The notes under the pieces: model-generated | What the model was told of the DNA's origin: nothing | Databases searched by the model: none | What the model saw: only the letters and a program-made list of their open reading frames with translations | Position numbers and translations under genes: made by a program | Assembly (NCBI GenBank): GCA_963668675.2 | Contig: CAXXMB010000002.1 | Location: forward strand, 960,001-1,024,000 | Source of the DNA: an uncultured Desulfatitalea sp. | GTDB taxonomy: Bacteria; Desulfobacterota; Desulfobacteria; Desulfobacterales; Desulfosarcinaceae | DNA length: 64,000 nt | Direction: 5' to 3' | Shown: positions 9,411-19,591 of the stretch, piece after piece | Layout of the letters: each line of letters begins with the position of its first letter | Numbering within the stretch: position 1 is the first letter of the stretch

Positions 9411-10955
9411 ATGCTTTTCATCACCAATATCGCAGCTGTTCTGTTTAGTCTTCTCATCGCCGTGGCGCTGTTCAGCTTTTTCCGTTCTAAAAATGACACA
9501 GTTGCCGAAGCCTCAGCCTACGGCTTGATGCTCATGCTAATGGTGTCCAGCGGTATCGCTCAGGTCTTGCTGGTATGCGGGTTGCAACGATTTCTTCTCA
9601 TAGGACTGCTTCTGCTGGCCATACCCGCCGTTATCACGCTCATACATCTGCGGGAACTGACCGTTCAGCAGCTGAAAATCGCCCGCCATTTTATGAAAGC
9701 CCATCCACTCCCTGCCATCGTGTTTGTCTGTGGTGGTCTATGCATGCTCGCTTTCACCGTATGGAACGAGGTGACCAGAGGCCCCATCTCATTCATTGAT
9801 ATCTATTCAGGCCTCGGCCAGAAGAACGGCTCTCTCTTCACGCTGTTGCATACTGGAAATCAAACAGCGGCGATCGGGCTAAACCACACGATATTCATGG
9901 CCGACTGGCAGCCGCTCGTGGCAGCCCCCTTGGCCAACTGCTGCGCATATCTGGCCATTGCCTTGGCCACCTATGCTTTGGCGCGTCGTTATGCCTGGCC
10001 TCCAACGGCCATCACCGTTACGCTTCTCATCGTCAGCATGCCCAGACTGGTTCATCAAAACCTTGCCACTCAAAGCGAACTCTTGCCGGCAGCAGCGGCT
10101 TTGCTTGTACTTCTGGCCTTGTTTCGCACCGTCGAGCGCCCTCAGATAGAAGATGGGGCGATACTGCTCTCTTCTATCAGCTTCTCAGTAACAGACGGTC
10201 GACTATGCTACCTTCTTCCTGCAGTACTGACCGCCTTATGCGTACTCGTGCTGGCCCGCCGACACAACCTGCGTCTTTGGATCGACGTGGCCAAGGGCCA
10301 CTCGATCTATATCATCGTTATCCTGTGTGTCATGCTGGTTTTCAGTCAGGTGATAAACATCTCCTACAATTTACGCCAAGGCCTGCCCTGGATAGGGGCA
10401 CTCCCCAGAGACGAAGTCGTTTTCAATGCAGGGGGCATTTTGGGTGCCGGCGCCAACATGGTGCGCTATCTTCTCCAAACCATTCATATGCCGGCATTTG
10501 TGGACAATGTGTTGCAATGGACTTTCGGGTGGGGGCTTGTTGAGACGATTGAATCCGTTTACCACCAAACGGTTGGCGTGTGGGCAAACAGTAAAGGTGC
10601 GGTAGAGGCGTTCGAGTTGAACTGGGCACCGGACAATCCCTGGACGTGGTTCGGACCGGTCGGTTTCCTCATGGTTGTGCCTGCTATGCTTCACGCACTG
10701 CGGCTGGGGCCCCACCGGCTGAAAACAACGGCGCTGGCCATGCTGACCTATTGGTTGTTGATCGCCTTGATTGTTGCCTGGCGACCAAGCAACGTACGAT
10801 TGATGACCCCCCTGTTTGTCTGCAGCGGATTTTTTACAGCCTTTCTTCTTCCTCCCTGGCGAATCGGGCACAACGGATGCCGAGTGCTGCAGTGGTTCTG
10901 TCTGGTGATGATCGTTTACGCCCTGCTGACCTACCCCGGCCACAGTGCGTTGTGA
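9411..10955 (+). CDS. Polytopic membrane protein (weak resemblance to GT-C/ArnT-like glycosyltransferases)
   Basis: About 13 hydrophobic segments; ATG 4 nt after the previous stop; family assignment uncertain. Confidence 0.55.
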   Translation: MLFITNIAAVLFSLLIAVALFSFFRSKNDTVAEASAYGLMLMLMVSSGIAQVLLVCGLQRFLLIGLLLLAIPAVITLIHLRELTVQQLKIARHFMKAHPLPAIVFVCGGLCMLAFTVWNEVTRGPISFIDIYSGLGQKNGSLFTLLHTGNQTAAIGLNHTIFMADWQPLVAAPLANCCAYLAIALATYALARRYAWPPTAITVTLLIVSMPRLVHQNLATQSELLPAAAALLVLLALFRTVERPQIEDGAILLSSISFSVTDGRLCYLLPAVLTALCVLVLARRHNLRLWIDVAKGHSIYIIVILCVMLVFSQVINISYNLRQGLPWIGALPRDEVVFNAGGILGAGANMVRYLLQTIHMPAFVDNVLQWTFGWGLVETIESVYHQTVGVWANSKGAVEAFELNWAPDNPWTWFGPVGFLMVVPAMLHALRLGPHRLKTTALAMLTYWLLIALIVAWRPSNVRLMTPLFVCSGFFTAFLLPPWRIGHNGCRVLQWFCLVMIVYALLTYPGHSAL

Positions 10956-11061
10956 GGGTTTGTTGAGTTGATTGGGTTTGTTGGGTTTGTTGAGTTGTTT
11001 GGGTTGTTGGGTGACGGCGAACCAATCTGAACCCAAGCAACCCAACAAGCTCAACAAACTC
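10956..11061. repeat. Inverted array of ~9-bp tandem repeats between convergent genes
   Basis: Left arm (TTG[AG]GTT[TG][GAT])n; right arm the complement (AACCCAAGC, AACCCAACA, AGCTCAACA, AACTC). Confidence 0.75.
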
Positions 11062-11070
11062 TATAACCAT

Positions 11071-12243
11071 TTAAATTTCTATCTTCCCCTGCTTGAGCAT
11101 CTCTGTGGGCATGAACCATTGGATCCCCAGGCGTTTGGAGATCGCCTCGCAGCGCTCGGCCACTTTGTCCCACCCAATGCCCTTGGCCAGGGCAAACGGA
11201 CCGAAGGCCGAGCCGCCGCCATTCATCACGGCCTTATCGATTTCGGCCGCACTGTCGGTCACACCATCTTCGAGCAGTTTGGTGCCTTCGTTGACTTGCA
11301 GGCAGATGATGTCGGTGACGTCGAAGTCGGGATCGGCCTTGGCGGCATCGATGGTCGGGCGAGCGCCATCTGGCCAGTCGAAGATGCCTTTGCCGCTCTT
11401 CTTTCCCAGGTTGCCCTCGTCCACCAGCCGCTGCATCCAGCTGCGCGGCTTGAACTCGGGAGAGAGCGTTTCGGCGAAGTAGGCATTGCCATGCAGGTTG
11501 ACATCAAGACCGGTAAAATCCATGATTTCGTAAGGCCCCATGGGGGCGCCGATCGATCGGACCTTTGCATCGACCGCCTCCGGATCGACCATCCCCTTTT
11601 CATAAAGGTCGGCCATGAAGAGACCAATGGGTGCTCCCAGACGGTTGTAGATGAAACCGGGGGTGTCCTTCTCTACCCGCACAGGAACCATGTTGCCTCT
11701 GAAATTCTTCAGGCGCGACACCAGATCGTAACTGGTCTTCATGGTCTCTTCGGAAGTGCCTGCCCCCCGGATAACTTCGACCAGCAGCATCAGCATGACC
11801 GGATTGAAGAAGTGGATGCCGAGCACTTTATCGGGCCGGCCGGTGGCGGCGCCCATCTTGGTGATGCTCATGTTGGAGGTGTTGGAGGCCAGAATGGCGT
11901 GGGCAGGTGCATGGGCATCCGCCTCCTTGAAGATCTTGATCTTCAGGTCCAGAATTTCGGGTGCGGCTTCGATCATGAAGTCGGTCTCTTTGACCGCATC
12001 GCCCAAAACCGTGAATCCTTTGATGGCGCCCATTGCCCGATCCATCTCTTCGGCGGCCATCTTGCCTTTGGAGACCATCTTTTCAAAACTCGCCTTGATC
12101 CGCCCGGTGCCCTTGTCCACATATGCCTTTTCGATATCGTAAAGATGGACGTTCAGCCCCGCCAGTGCGCAAATTTCAGCGATGCCGTGCCCCATATCGC
12201 CGGCCCCGACGATGGTGATGGTTTTGATCTCTTCTGCATTCAT
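11071..12243 (-). CDS. 3-hydroxyacyl-CoA dehydrogenase (NAD-binding + duplicated C-terminal domain)
   Basis: VGAGDMGHGIA Rossmann motif, ASNTSNMSI, GIHFFNP, PGFIYNR, PMGPYE, GKKSGKG; start MNAEEI. Confidence 0.93.
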   Translation of the reverse strand: MNAEEIKTITIVGAGDMGHGIAEICALAGLNVHLYDIEKAYVDKGTGRIKASFEKMVSKGKMAAEEMDRAMGAIKGFTVLGDAVKETDFMIEAAPEILDLKIKIFKEADAHAPAHAILASNTSNMSITKMGAATGRPDKVLGIHFFNPVMLMLLVEVIRGAGTSEETMKTSYDLVSRLKNFRGNMVPVRVEKDTPGFIYNRLGAPIGLFMADLYEKGMVDPEAVDAKVRSIGAPMGPYEIMDFTGLDVNLHGNAYFAETLSPEFKPRSWMQRLVDEGNLGKKSGKGIFDWPDGARPTIDAAKADPDFDVTDIICLQVNEGTKLLEDGVTDSAAEIDKAVMNGGGSAFGPFALAKGIGWDKVAERCEAISKRLGIQWFMPTEMLKQGKIEI

Positions 12244-12260
12244 CGTAGAACTCCTTCCTG

Positions 12261-13436
12261 TTAGATCTTTTCCAATACGACGGCGTTGGCATTGCCGAAC
12301 CCGCCGCACAGCGTTGCCAGCCCGTACTTCTCATTGGGGAACTCGGTCTTCAGAACATTGTGCAGCGTGACCAGAAGACGGGCGCCCGATTCTCCCAGCG
12401 GGTGCCCCAGAGCCAGCGCACCGCCCCACACATTGGTCTTGGCAAACGGGGCGTTCGCATTGTCCAGTTTCAAATCACGGATGCAGGCCAGCGACTGGCT
12501 CGAAAACGCCTCGTTAATCTCCACGGCGCCGATGTCCGAAGCGCTCAGGCCATGGCGCTCGAACAGCCTTTTCACCGCGTTGATCGGGCCAATGCCCATG
12601 ACGGTGGGATCGCATCCGGCCTGAATGCCGCATTTGTATTTATAGCTGTACGACAGGCCCAGCGCATCGGCTTTTTCGCGGCTCATCAGCAGCAGGGCGG
12701 CCGCACCACTGGTGAGCGGAGAAGATGTGGCGGCGCTCACTTTGCCGTCCTCTTTAAACGGGGTCTTCATGAGCATCATATTTTCTTTGCTGACGGACTC
12801 GCGAATCCACTGGTCGTGTTCGACGAGAAATTCCGTGCCATCCTCCTGTTGGCCTGTCACCGGCACGATCTCACCTTTAAACTTGCCCGCGTCGCGCGCC
12901 TCTTTGGCCTTGACGTTGGAGTGGTACGCCATGTTGACCATATCCTCTTTTGAGATATCCCACTGTTCCGCCACCTTCTCAGCGGTATTGCCCATGGGGA
13001 TGTCGAACGGATTGTAGCGGTTCCAGAGGCGCGGCGGGATATCCATATTCGCGCCCATGGCCACCTTCTCCATGTCTTCCACGCCGGAGGCGATCATGAT
13101 GTCGGCCTCGCCGGTCATGATGGCCCTTGCAGCGTTCATCGCGGCGGTCATACCAGAAGGGCACTGGTTGCAGACGGTCTGGGAGGGGACATCATCCGGG
13201 TAATCGGACGCCAGCCACGCCAGACGACCGATATCGTTCTGCATGCCCGAAGGATTGGCCGTCCCTGTGATGACGCAATCCACATCTTCCGGCTTCACTT
13301 TCGGGTTGCGTTCGAACAGCGCCTTGTAGACGCTGGTCATCAACTCATCCGGACGAACATTGCGAAACCACCCCTTTTCATTGTGCGCCCTGCCGTTCGG
13401 GGTCCGTACGCCGTCAATGATTACACACTCTTTCAT
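12261..13436 (-). CDS. Acetyl-CoA C-acyltransferase (thiolase)
   Basis: NQCPSG catalytic Cys, EINEAF, GHPLGESG, LCGGFG. Confidence 0.93.
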   Translation of the reverse strand: MKECVIIDGVRTPNGRAHNEKGWFRNVRPDELMTSVYKALFERNPKVKPEDVDCVITGTANPSGMQNDIGRLAWLASDYPDDVPSQTVCNQCPSGMTAAMNAARAIMTGEADIMIASGVEDMEKVAMGANMDIPPRLWNRYNPFDIPMGNTAEKVAEQWDISKEDMVNMAYHSNVKAKEARDAGKFKGEIVPVTGQQEDGTEFLVEHDQWIRESVSKENMMLMKTPFKEDGKVSAATSSPLTSGAAALLLMSREKADALGLSYSYKYKCGIQAGCDPTVMGIGPINAVKRLFERHGLSASDIGAVEINEAFSSQSLACIRDLKLDNANAPFAKTNVWGGALALGHPLGESGARLLVTLHNVLKTEFPNEKYGLATLCGGFGNANAVVLEKI

Positions 13437-13471
13437 CTGATCTCTCCTGTTTTTTATAAGGTTAAATCAAT

Positions 13472-15148
13472 CTATTCCCCTGTTTTCTTGGACTTGGTTG
13501 CCTCCTCCTCTGCTCGCAGCACCTTGCGCAATATTTTGCCGACAGCGGATTTGGGCAGCTCATTTCGGAACTCTACTATTTTGGGTGCCTTATAGGCAGC
13601 CAGCTTTTCACGGCAGAAGCCGATGATATCCTTCTCCGTCGCGGTTTCACCCGGTTTGAGCACCACGAAGGCTTTGATCGTCTCCCCGCGATAGTCGTCC
13701 TTGATGCCTACTGAAACGGCGTCGGCAACCTTGGGATGCTGATAGAGCACCTCATCGATTTCACGGGGGTAGACATTGTAGCCGCCGGCGATGATCATAT
13801 CCTTTTTGCGGTCTACGATGGCGAAGTAGTCATCCTCATCCTGAACCGCTATATCGCCGGTATAAAGCCATCCATCCTTGATGTGCGCAGCGGTCTCCTC
13901 CGGATTGTCCCAATACTCCTTCATCACGAGCGGGCTGCGGATGATCAGTTCACCAGGCTCGCCTTTGGGCACATCTTCAATCCCATTTTCGATGTCGACG
14001 AGCCTGACATCCGTATCGGGCAATGGAATGCCGATGCTTCCCTGCTTGCTCATACCCATCACCGGGTTGGCGATGCCCAGGGAGGTGGTTTCACTCATGC
14101 CCCACCCCTCTCCAAAATTGATGCCCATGGACTGGGCCTGGTCGATCAACTCGGTGGGCATGGGGCCGCCTCCGCTGTTGAACAGACCCAGTCTTCTTTC
14201 CAATTCCAGCTCCTTGGCTTTCGGGTGGTTCATCACGGCATTGATCATGGTTGGCACGGCCGGGAAAAAAGTGATCTTCTCGAAGTTGCCCAGAATGCCC
14301 ATAAACTCATCGATTTCAAAACGCGGGACCAGAATCAGGGTGGCACAATTGTAGACCCCCCAATTCAGCACCACGATGGTGCCGTAGACGTGAAAAAATG
14401 GCAGCACCGCCATGACGTTGCGCTTTTCAGGAGCGGTCATTTCGTTCACCGCCGACCCCCAAATGGTACACTGCATGGTGGCCGCGACAAGGTTGCCATG
14501 GGTCAGGACCGCCCCCTTCGGCAATCCGGTGGTGCCTCCGGTGAACTGAATCAGGGCGGGGTCTTCCGGAAGAATGTCAACCTTGGGGATGCGGGTGCTG
14601 GTGTTCTCGTCGATCAGGACCGAAAAGTGGTGCCACCCCTCTTCGAAATCGAGCTCTTCAACGGTGCTCATTGGGAATCCATCGATGTAGTCGGTCGGCC
14701 GCGTGACGATCACCCGACCGAAATCCACCTCCCTGCATAGCGGCCGGACATTCGGCAGAACCATATCGAAGGTGAACAGGGTTGAAACGCCGGTGTTGCT
14801 GCAGAGGGCCTTCAGCTCCTCAAATGTGTACATGGGGTTCAGATTGACGACAACGGCGCCGAGGGTCAAGGTGGCATAGTAGGCGATGATATACTGAGGG
14901 CAGTTGGGCAGATGAATCCCAACCCGATCCCCTTTCCGAACGCCCATGGCGCCCAGGGCATTGGCCATTCGCAGCATCTGCTGCCTGAGCGTCCAGTAGG
15001 AGAGCTCCGTGCCGAAGAAGTTGGTCGCCGGCTTATCCGGAAAATTCACCGCAGCCATACCCAAAAAATAGGAGGCCGGAACCCTCGGATAGCGGATGCT
15101 GAAGGGAACGTTATAGTCGTAGTGTCTCTGCCACGGTCTGGATTCCAT
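13472..15148 (-). CDS. fadD: Long-chain-fatty-acid--CoA ligase
   Basis: QFTGGTTGLPKG AMP-binding loop, EGWGMSET, TGDIA, DRKKDMII, PKSAVGKILR. Confidence 0.92.
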   Translation of the reverse strand: MESRPWQRHYDYNVPFSIRYPRVPASYFLGMAAVNFPDKPATNFFGTELSYWTLRQQMLRMANALGAMGVRKGDRVGIHLPNCPQYIIAYYATLTLGAVVVNLNPMYTFEELKALCSNTGVSTLFTFDMVLPNVRPLCREVDFGRVIVTRPTDYIDGFPMSTVEELDFEEGWHHFSVLIDENTSTRIPKVDILPEDPALIQFTGGTTGLPKGAVLTHGNLVAATMQCTIWGSAVNEMTAPEKRNVMAVLPFFHVYGTIVVLNWGVYNCATLILVPRFEIDEFMGILGNFEKITFFPAVPTMINAVMNHPKAKELELERRLGLFNSGGGPMPTELIDQAQSMGINFGEGWGMSETTSLGIANPVMGMSKQGSIGIPLPDTDVRLVDIENGIEDVPKGEPGELIIRSPLVMKEYWDNPEETAAHIKDGWLYTGDIAVQDEDDYFAIVDRKKDMIIAGGYNVYPREIDEVLYQHPKVADAVSVGIKDDYRGETIKAFVVLKPGETATEKDIIGFCREKLAAYKAPKIVEFRNELPKSAVGKILRKVLRAEEEATKSKKTGE

Positions 15149-15207
15149 AAAAACCCCCTTTGTTAAAATTCAGCTGTTCGATTCACGCTAAACCATCCCA
15201 CTGTTTT

Positions 15208-17025
15208 TTACAATGCGCCAAATCCATCCTCCTCGATATCTATAGCAGCCTGGCAACCGCTCTGGATGGCATTGAATTTTCCCATGGTGATTTCGAGCTC
15301 GGTTTGGATAAAAAAATCCGCGGTGCTGATCTGGCCTCGATAGAAGGCAACGTCTCTCTTCTTGGCCTCTCTCTTTAGCTGTTCGGATGCGGTGACAGCC
15401 CGCCACAGAAGCATCCAGGCCATGATCACATCACCGGTGGCATGCAAAAAGGGAAGTGAGTGGGCAAAAGCCACCTTGAAATCGGCAGAAGTGGCCAACT
15501 TGCCCATGTGCGCGAAGATTTCGACCAAGCGGTTGGCCGCCGACTCGACCTTGTCGGCCAGCGCCGCCAGTTGGCTTTCGGCCTTGGCCTGGGCCACGGT
15601 CTTTTGGATTTCACCAATGAAGGCCATGAAGACGGCGCCCCCTTTGGCCCCGATCTTGCGGGCCAGAAAATCCATGGCCTGTATGCCGCTGGTGCCCTCG
15701 TAGATCGTCGCGATTTTGCAGTCCCTGGCATACTGCTCCACCGGATAGTCGCGGGTGTAGCCGGCCCCTCCGTAGACCTGGATGGCCTGGACGCATACCT
15801 CGTAGCCTTTGGAGGCCAGGTACTCCTTTATGATAGGGGTGAGCAGATTGAACAGATCACCGCCAGTCTCCCGCTCCGTTTCGCTGTCGGCCAATTCGGC
15901 CTTGGTCGCACATAAAACCATATATTGAAAAAAGCTTCGCATGCCGCTTACGTATGATTTCATCCAGAGCAGGTTGCGACGCACATCCGGATGCCGGATG
16001 ATTGGAACCGAGGAGGCAGCCGGGTCTCCAAAATTCTCAAGATCACGTCCCTGCAAACGCTCCCGTGCGTAGTTGACGGCCAACATATAGCTGGCCGAAG
16101 CGTAGGCCAACCCCTGCAACCCTGTTCCCATGCGGGCATGGTTGATCATGTTGAACATGATCTTCATACCTTCGCACGGCCTACCCAACAGATAACCGAT
16201 GCATTGCCCCTTTGCGCCCAGAGCCATGCTGGCAGTGGCACTGCCGTGAATGCCATGCTTCTCTTCCACTCCCGAGCAGACAATATCGTTGCGCTCGCCC
16301 AGCGTACCGTCGTCGTTAACGAAGTATTTGGGTACGATAAAAAGAGAGATCCCCTTTGTGCCGGGGGGATCGCCTTCGATACGAGCCAGCACCGGATGGA
16401 TGATATTCTCTACCAGATCGTGTTCGCCGTTGGTGATAAAAATCTTGTTGCCGGTCAGCGAGTAAGTGCCATCCGGATTTTTAACGGCCGTCGTGGTCAA
16501 AGCCCCCACATCGGAACCCGCTTCCGATTCGGTCAACAGCATGGTGCCGCCATATTGGGCCGAGGTCAATTTTTCCACGTATTTGGCCTTGTCCGCTTCG
16601 GAACCATATTTATGGATCAGCAGAGCGGTGCCGTTGCCCATTGAGGCATAACAGGACAGCGACCAGTTGGCCGCCATGAAGTATTCGGCCACGCTCATGC
16701 CCAAGAAACCGGGAGCGCCCTGGCCGCCCATATCCGGATCGACCGACAGGTTGCCCCAGTCGCCTTCACGCATCAACTCAAAAGGCCGATGGTAGCTCTC
16801 CGGCACTTTTACGGTGCCGCTTTCAAAGCGCACGCCAAGCTCATCACCATCTTTCATGGTGGGCAGCAGCTCTTTGAGGGCCAGTGTGCGCGCCTCTGTC
16901 AGAATCAGGTCACACGTTTTCCTGTTGAACCCCTTGTAGTATGGGTGGTTGATAACCTCTTCACACTTCATCTGTTCCCAGATGACAAAATCCTGATCTC
17001 TGCGGTCGGCCAGTTGCTGTCCCAT
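15208..17025 (-). CDS. Acyl-CoA dehydrogenase (about 600-aa type)
   Basis: GTMLLTESEAGSD, GNKIFIT, EEKHGIHGSAT, IQVYGGAGY, IYEGTSGIQAMDF. Confidence 0.93.
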   Translation of the reverse strand: MGQQLADRRDQDFVIWEQMKCEEVINHPYYKGFNRKTCDLILTEARTLALKELLPTMKDGDELGVRFESGTVKVPESYHRPFELMREGDWGNLSVDPDMGGQGAPGFLGMSVAEYFMAANWSLSCYASMGNGTALLIHKYGSEADKAKYVEKLTSAQYGGTMLLTESEAGSDVGALTTTAVKNPDGTYSLTGNKIFITNGEHDLVENIIHPVLARIEGDPPGTKGISLFIVPKYFVNDDGTLGERNDIVCSGVEEKHGIHGSATASMALGAKGQCIGYLLGRPCEGMKIMFNMINHARMGTGLQGLAYASASYMLAVNYARERLQGRDLENFGDPAASSVPIIRHPDVRRNLLWMKSYVSGMRSFFQYMVLCATKAELADSETERETGGDLFNLLTPIIKEYLASKGYEVCVQAIQVYGGAGYTRDYPVEQYARDCKIATIYEGTSGIQAMDFLARKIGAKGGAVFMAFIGEIQKTVAQAKAESQLAALADKVESAANRLVEIFAHMGKLATSADFKVAFAHSLPFLHATGDVIMAWMLLWRAVTASEQLKREAKKRDVAFYRGQISTADFFIQTELEITMGKFNAIQSGCQAAIDIEEDGFGAL

Positions 17026-17178
17026 CTTGTTCCTCTTCTCCTTTCAAAATGCTTAGAATCGCAAATATATCTCAAACCTTCTAATACCTTTTTTGCTTTC
17101 AGAGTTGGCCTCAAACCAGAACGGCAAAGGGAAGATAGCGCCGGACGAAATGGTGCCTCGACAGGAACCACGAATCCA

Positions 17179-17811
17179 TCACTGCTGCGCGTCGACATCC
17201 ACCGTTCGCGACAACTCATTGAGTTTTGTCATCAACAAATTGACACAAAAGTCGATGATCTCTTCCTGGTTCATGTGATTCAGATTCCATCCACGCAATG
17301 GTACAAATGCGTTGATGTAGACAATCAAATTGGCCATCATCTCCAACTCCATGGTTACGGAAGGAAGCGACAACCCCTCGCGAAGCTTTTCAGCCACCCA
17401 CTTGACAAATTCCGATTCAATTCGGAAAACCTCTTTCTGGGTCTTTTTATCAAGGCTTGTCGTCTCCTGGTACAGGAGTTGGATCGCGTTGTTGTCCCTG
17501 CCCCATGCATTGGACATCGAGAGGCGCAGCAGGCTCTCAATGTCTTTCATATCAATGGGTTGAGTGTCCGATGAGCCCCAGTCGAGTTTACGGCTCAATA
17601 TCTGCTTGTAGAGATAGACCAGGATATCCTCTTTACCGCCAAAGTAGTCGTAGAAGCTGCCCTGGTTTACCTTTGCTTTTTGGCATATCGTCCTCATGCT
17701 CGTGGCATGGTAACCCTTGGTTCGGAAAAGGTTCGCCGCAGCTTGTGAAATTTGATTACGCCGCTTTTCAACCAAATCGGGGTTTTTGATATTCGTCTTT
17801 ATCTTGCGCAC
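17179..17811 (-). CDS. TetR/AcrR family transcriptional regulator
   Basis: AANLFRTKGYHATSMRTICQKAKVNQGSFYDYFGGKEDIL HTH; first gene of the beta-oxidation run. Confidence 0.9.
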   Translation of the reverse strand: MRKIKTNIKNPDLVEKRRNQISQAAANLFRTKGYHATSMRTICQKAKVNQGSFYDYFGGKEDILVYLYKQILSRKLDWGSSDTQPIDMKDIESLLRLSMSNAWGRDNNAIQLLYQETTSLDKKTQKEVFRIESEFVKWVAEKLREGLSLPSVTMELEMMANLIVYINAFVPLRGWNLNHMNQEEIIDFCVNLLMTKLNELSRTVDVDAQQ

Positions 17812-18279
17812 TCTCTTTCCTTCCGGGGCAGGAAATAATTCTGCATATCCTCAAAAAAGACATACCAAATTCGAAATGAACAAAAATAGTAAATGTTCAA
17901 AAATAAATAATATTACAAATCGTTAGATATAAATTCCTGGCAGACGATTGTCAGGATTCGAAATTCATAAAATGCATCGCCTTATCCTGTCAACAAGATA
18001 TATTTAGCCAGAAGCCCCGTTCGCACCCGAAATACAATTGCCGATCGTTGTAATCGGCTATTTACCCGGCAAGTTATCGAAAACCATCTCGACGACTCAA
18101 TTTTTTGGCAAGCTTTGCGTCTTTATGAAAGCACCAGCCGAGGTGCGGATAGCCTACATCCTGATCACACCGGATAACCGCTATTCTTTTTGTGAGATGC
18201 CTTGCAGAATCACATATTGAAAATTATGGTGGGACCCGGCTTCGAAAATTTGCCGAAGAGCCCCTCAAAACCTTGGGGC

Positions 18280-19164
18280 CTATTCTGGAATGGCCACAAA
18301 TAACTTAGGGGGTATCAATCCGCGCATTCCCAGGCTCTGAAGGGTCTGAATCGATGCATCCAACAATTTTTTGCCTTTGGTGACCAGCAAACGCCCCCCA
18401 TCAAGGTGAACGTCGGCCATCAGGACCATTCCGACCTTAAGATCATCCAAGGCGACCATGTCGGAGGGATCGATGTTCTTCTGGTGATGAACAATGCGAA
18501 TCAGAGCCCGCACAACTTCGGCGTCGTACCTGCCCTCATCATCTCTGATCAGAAGTCTTTCCGCTGATGCATCGATGATGCTTTCCGGGTCGTCGGAGTA
18601 AGAGAGGCGTTTAAAGTCTTCAGTGCCCAAGCGCCTGCGGGCGTGGCTGATGAGCCGTTGCATCTTCCTGGGCCAGGTTGAAATAATGCGGCAGTAATCC
18701 GAAGCGGCCAACAATATTCGAGATCCCAATGGAATTTGATCCCCGCTGAGGCCATTGGGGAATCCCTTGCCGCTCATGTATTCATGGTGAAAGAGGACGA
18801 TTTCACCCGCCTCTGCCAACGACGAAACCCCCTCCAAGGTGATCGAGGCCGTGACGGGATGTTCGCTGTAGAGCCGACACTGCTCCTCGGTCATCAGGCT
18901 CAAGTCCTTATTCTGCAACTCTTTCGGCAATCCAAGCAGGCCGATGTCATGGACCATGGCAGCTATCTCGATTTGATCAAGTTGTGACACGTCGAGATTG
19001 AAGCTCTTGCCTACCTGACGACTCAATTTAGCCACCTGCATCATGAATCGGCCAAGTTCCGGGTTGGCCGCGCCGGCAAATGAAATCAGGAGCTGGGCTG
19101 CGTCCTTGGCGCCCAACGAATTTTCCTGTAGGATTTCAGATGAAATCTTATTGTCTTCGTGCAT
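18280..19164 (-). CDS. HD-GYP-like domain protein (degenerate motifs)
   Basis: VHDIG, EHP, HHEYMSGKGFP..L.GDQIPLGSRI. Confidence 0.8.
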   Translation of the reverse strand: MHEDNKISSEILQENSLGAKDAAQLLISFAGAANPELGRFMMQVAKLSRQVGKSFNLDVSQLDQIEIAAMVHDIGLLGLPKELQNKDLSLMTEEQCRLYSEHPVTASITLEGVSSLAEAGEIVLFHHEYMSGKGFPNGLSGDQIPLGSRILLAASDYCRIISTWPRKMQRLISHARRRLGTEDFKRLSYSDDPESIIDASAERLLIRDDEGRYDAEVVRALIRIVHHQKNIDPSDMVALDDLKVGMVLMADVHLDGGRLLVTKGKKLLDASIQTLQSLGMRGLIPPKLFVAIPE

Positions 19165-19237
19165 CTATCGTCTATCCTTTTGAACGACGCTTCTGAATAA
19201 AAATGATGAGTGCCTTTCGAGAGTACCCAATCGCGAC

Positions 19238-19591
19238 CTAACTTGATTCATATAAGCGCTGAGCGCCGAGAAGAAATCCATCGTATGTCAGCATTAGCGC
19301 TTTGAGTTCATCCCTGGTGAGAAAATAGTCATCAAAGATATCCTCATAGACATGGTAAGCCAAACGATCCACACCTGTGGAAGTCCCTACCAGCATCGCC
19401 ACCATATCCGCCAGATAGAGGGTTGCTGTTGCAGGATCATTGTGGGCTTCCAGATTGGTCAAATGGTGATTTTCAATCATGTAAGCCATGTGAGAACTAA
19501 AATTCCACTCCTTGGCAATGATTCGCACTCTCTTTGTTTCCGATTCCAAATCGGTGTGTGTAAAACTCCATACGGGATCCATTTCGCCCAT
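19238..19591 (-). CDS. Short protein resembling the C-terminal part of an HDOD domain (possibly a fragment)
   Basis: IAKEWNFS..M...IENHH...LYLADMV pattern of HDOD C-termini; N-terminal half absent. Confidence 0.45.
   Translation of the reverse strand: MGEMDPVWSFTHTDLESETKRVRIIAKEWNFSSHMAYMIENHHLTNLEAHNDPATATLYLADMVAMLVGTSTGVDRLAYHVYEDIFDDYFLTRDELKALMLTYDGFLLGAQRLYESS

Noticed and set aside
10956..11061. CRISPR array or repeat protein (ORFs 10371-11057 and 10834-11070)
   Set aside because: 9-bp units with no spacers and no cas genes; the ORFs are shadows of real genes
17877..17899. TGAACA-N11-TGTTCA palindrome upstream of tetR as an operator
   Set aside because: Only 6-bp arms in AT-rich DNA and no second copy seen; insufficient support
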